From assembly GCA_040437565.1 (NCBI GenBank), contig JBDOQK010000018.1, forward strand, positions 310,001 to 374,000: a stretch of DNA of 64,000 nucleotides, written 5' to 3'. The DNA comes from Albugo candida. Its lineage: Eukaryota. Position numbers and translations under genes: made by a program. This document shows positions 62,456 through 64,000 of this stretch, piece by piece. Every line of letters starts with the position of its first letter. Positions within the stretch are counted from its first letter, which is position 1. Below the pieces are notes generated by a model, which was given only the letters and a program-made list of their open reading frames with translations, made no database searches and was not told where the DNA came from.

Positions 62456-63550
62456 ATGGCTGAAGAGGAAGGTTCTGAGAAGGAATCAAATGATACGAAT
62501 CAACAGGATCCTACGCTGATACATTACATAAAAGGTCTCTCGCGTCTTCAGCAAGCACCTGGGAAGGATGGGTACGCGTATACAGCTCTTGATCTCACGG
62601 TATGTATCCGTATGTATGGAGCTCTGCAGTCGTGAGACATATGAAGCATACGCTGTAGAATAAGAGCTTGGAACGTATCGATCTCATCAAACAATATTGC
62701 TATATTCAGATACTAAATCTATCACAAAACAAAATTGAGGATTTCTCACCGCTTTCCGAGCTCAAGTACTTAGTAAGCGTAAATATCGCCGAAAACGCGA
62801 TTGAAACGATACCTACCCTTTGTAATGTGCATTTGAAGGTTAGTTGCATATTCGCATTATGATGAAGAAGTCGGAACCATTGTGATACTGTAAGGCGATT
62901 GATCTCACAAGGAATCAGATTACATCGCTCAAAGACTTTCAGAGCGACACAGTAGCAAATCTCATCGTGACTGAGAATTCTTTACAGTCTATCGACGGCA
63001 TTGAGCAGCTTCCTCAACTCACCACGTTGATTGCCTCAATAAATCAAATATCCGTCTTGTGGTCGCGAGATATGGATCAACTGCCTGACTTACCTCTGGA
63101 ACATTTAGAGTTGGTGAGCAGCTATACATCTACTGCCTCGCGTCTTCTATTGATCATTGACCTTGGTTTTGAAGAACGCTAATGCTCTGAAAAGCCTACA
63201 TGGCATTGAGCGCTTCAAACATTTAAAATGCCTCCATCTTCGAGATAATCAAGTAGGTAGATTTTTGAGGCGTTAAATTGTTCGGCATTACATTGACTTC
63301 AAATGATCAGATTCAGGATGTTCAGGATGTGAGCATGCTCAGGCCATTGAAGTTTTTGAAAGTACTTGATCTAACAGGGAATCCTGTCAGCGAGGCAGAG
63401 GCTTACCGGCAAAATATCATTATCCTACTATCGGATCTTTCCATCTTGGACACCATCCCAATTGAGAAGGAAGAGGTTTTGACAGCCGCAATCTTGAAAC
63501 AGGAACGTGAAGCGGCTGAAGTCAATTCAGTCACAAATGATGCAGAGTGA
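62456..63550 (+). CDS. Leucine-rich repeat protein, LRRC23/LRGUK-like (probably flagellar), multi-exon; first exon also at 61840
   Basis: GLSRLQQAPGKDGYAYTALDL, repeated LxLxxNxI units, LRR cap LDLTGNPVSEAEAYRQNIIILLSDLSILD. Confidence 0.75.
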
Positions 63551-64000
63551 AGTGATTTTGCTGCTCCAAGTATCTATGTAGCACTTTTCTAATAAGAAAT
63601 ATTGCCGAATATATCGATGGAAAGTATCGAATAGTCTCTGCTAGTATGTCCACATACATAGTGTAATGCCACAAACGCTTATCATAAAAATCCAAATTCA
63701 AATACCAGAGCCATACGCTGCATATCTCTCTACTACTAAGAAGGAGTTCCACGCGTGCCAAACACCTACAATTCGCAAGATACACGATCGCTGCTAGGTG
63801 TGTCAGCCAAAAGAAATTAACGATCTTCTCCCGCAAAGTAAATGATTCAATCAGAGCGATGCAAAGCCTGGAATAGTGTGTCAACGTTATTGCATCGCAA
63901 TTCCTAGCATCCATACATTTGCCAAGTGTTTAGATGACAACGCGATCGAATGATTCTGAGCTCAAAACGAGCAATGATATCGATAATTCGCATACACCTC

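Noticed and set aside
63531-63914. 127-aa minus-strand ORF
   Set aside because: No recognisable motif. It may be an exon of a gene beyond the window but cannot be supported.
1-64000. CRISPR arrays, rRNA or genuine tRNA genes, prokaryotic operons
   Set aside because: None seen. The only tRNA-like sequence is the TSD-flanked SINE head.

Overview
Eukaryotic DNA, by inference an oomycete (Albugo-like: compact genes, 50-70 bp GT-AG introns, a flagellar LRR gene); no prokaryotic features. Bases 1-36 kb are a transposon graveyard. It holds a degenerate chromodomain Ty3/Gypsy element with a tRNA-like SINE in pol and a DNA transposon in its 3' LTR, three L1/Tx1-type LINE remnants, an IS630/Tc1 DD34E remnant, and a 13.6-kb nest of TIR elements (Tc1 > TIR element > MULE derivative, MITE > long-spacer DDE element, Ulp1-carrying MULE), plus one small intact gene. 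Bases 36-64 kb are a very dense block of host genes: IQ-C2-PH protein, eIF3g, a giant multi-domain USP deubiquitinase with MABP repeats, a catalytically deviant NSUN2-like protein whose ATG overlaps the USP stop (TAATG), a Trf4/PAPD5-like polymerase, a DUF1769-DUF547 protein, a GCIP-family protein, RAD18, RRP6 and an LRRC23-like protein. Many 100-N gaps are flanked by near-identical duplications that are most likely unmerged contig overlaps. All domain calls come from motif recognition by eye, not from database searches.
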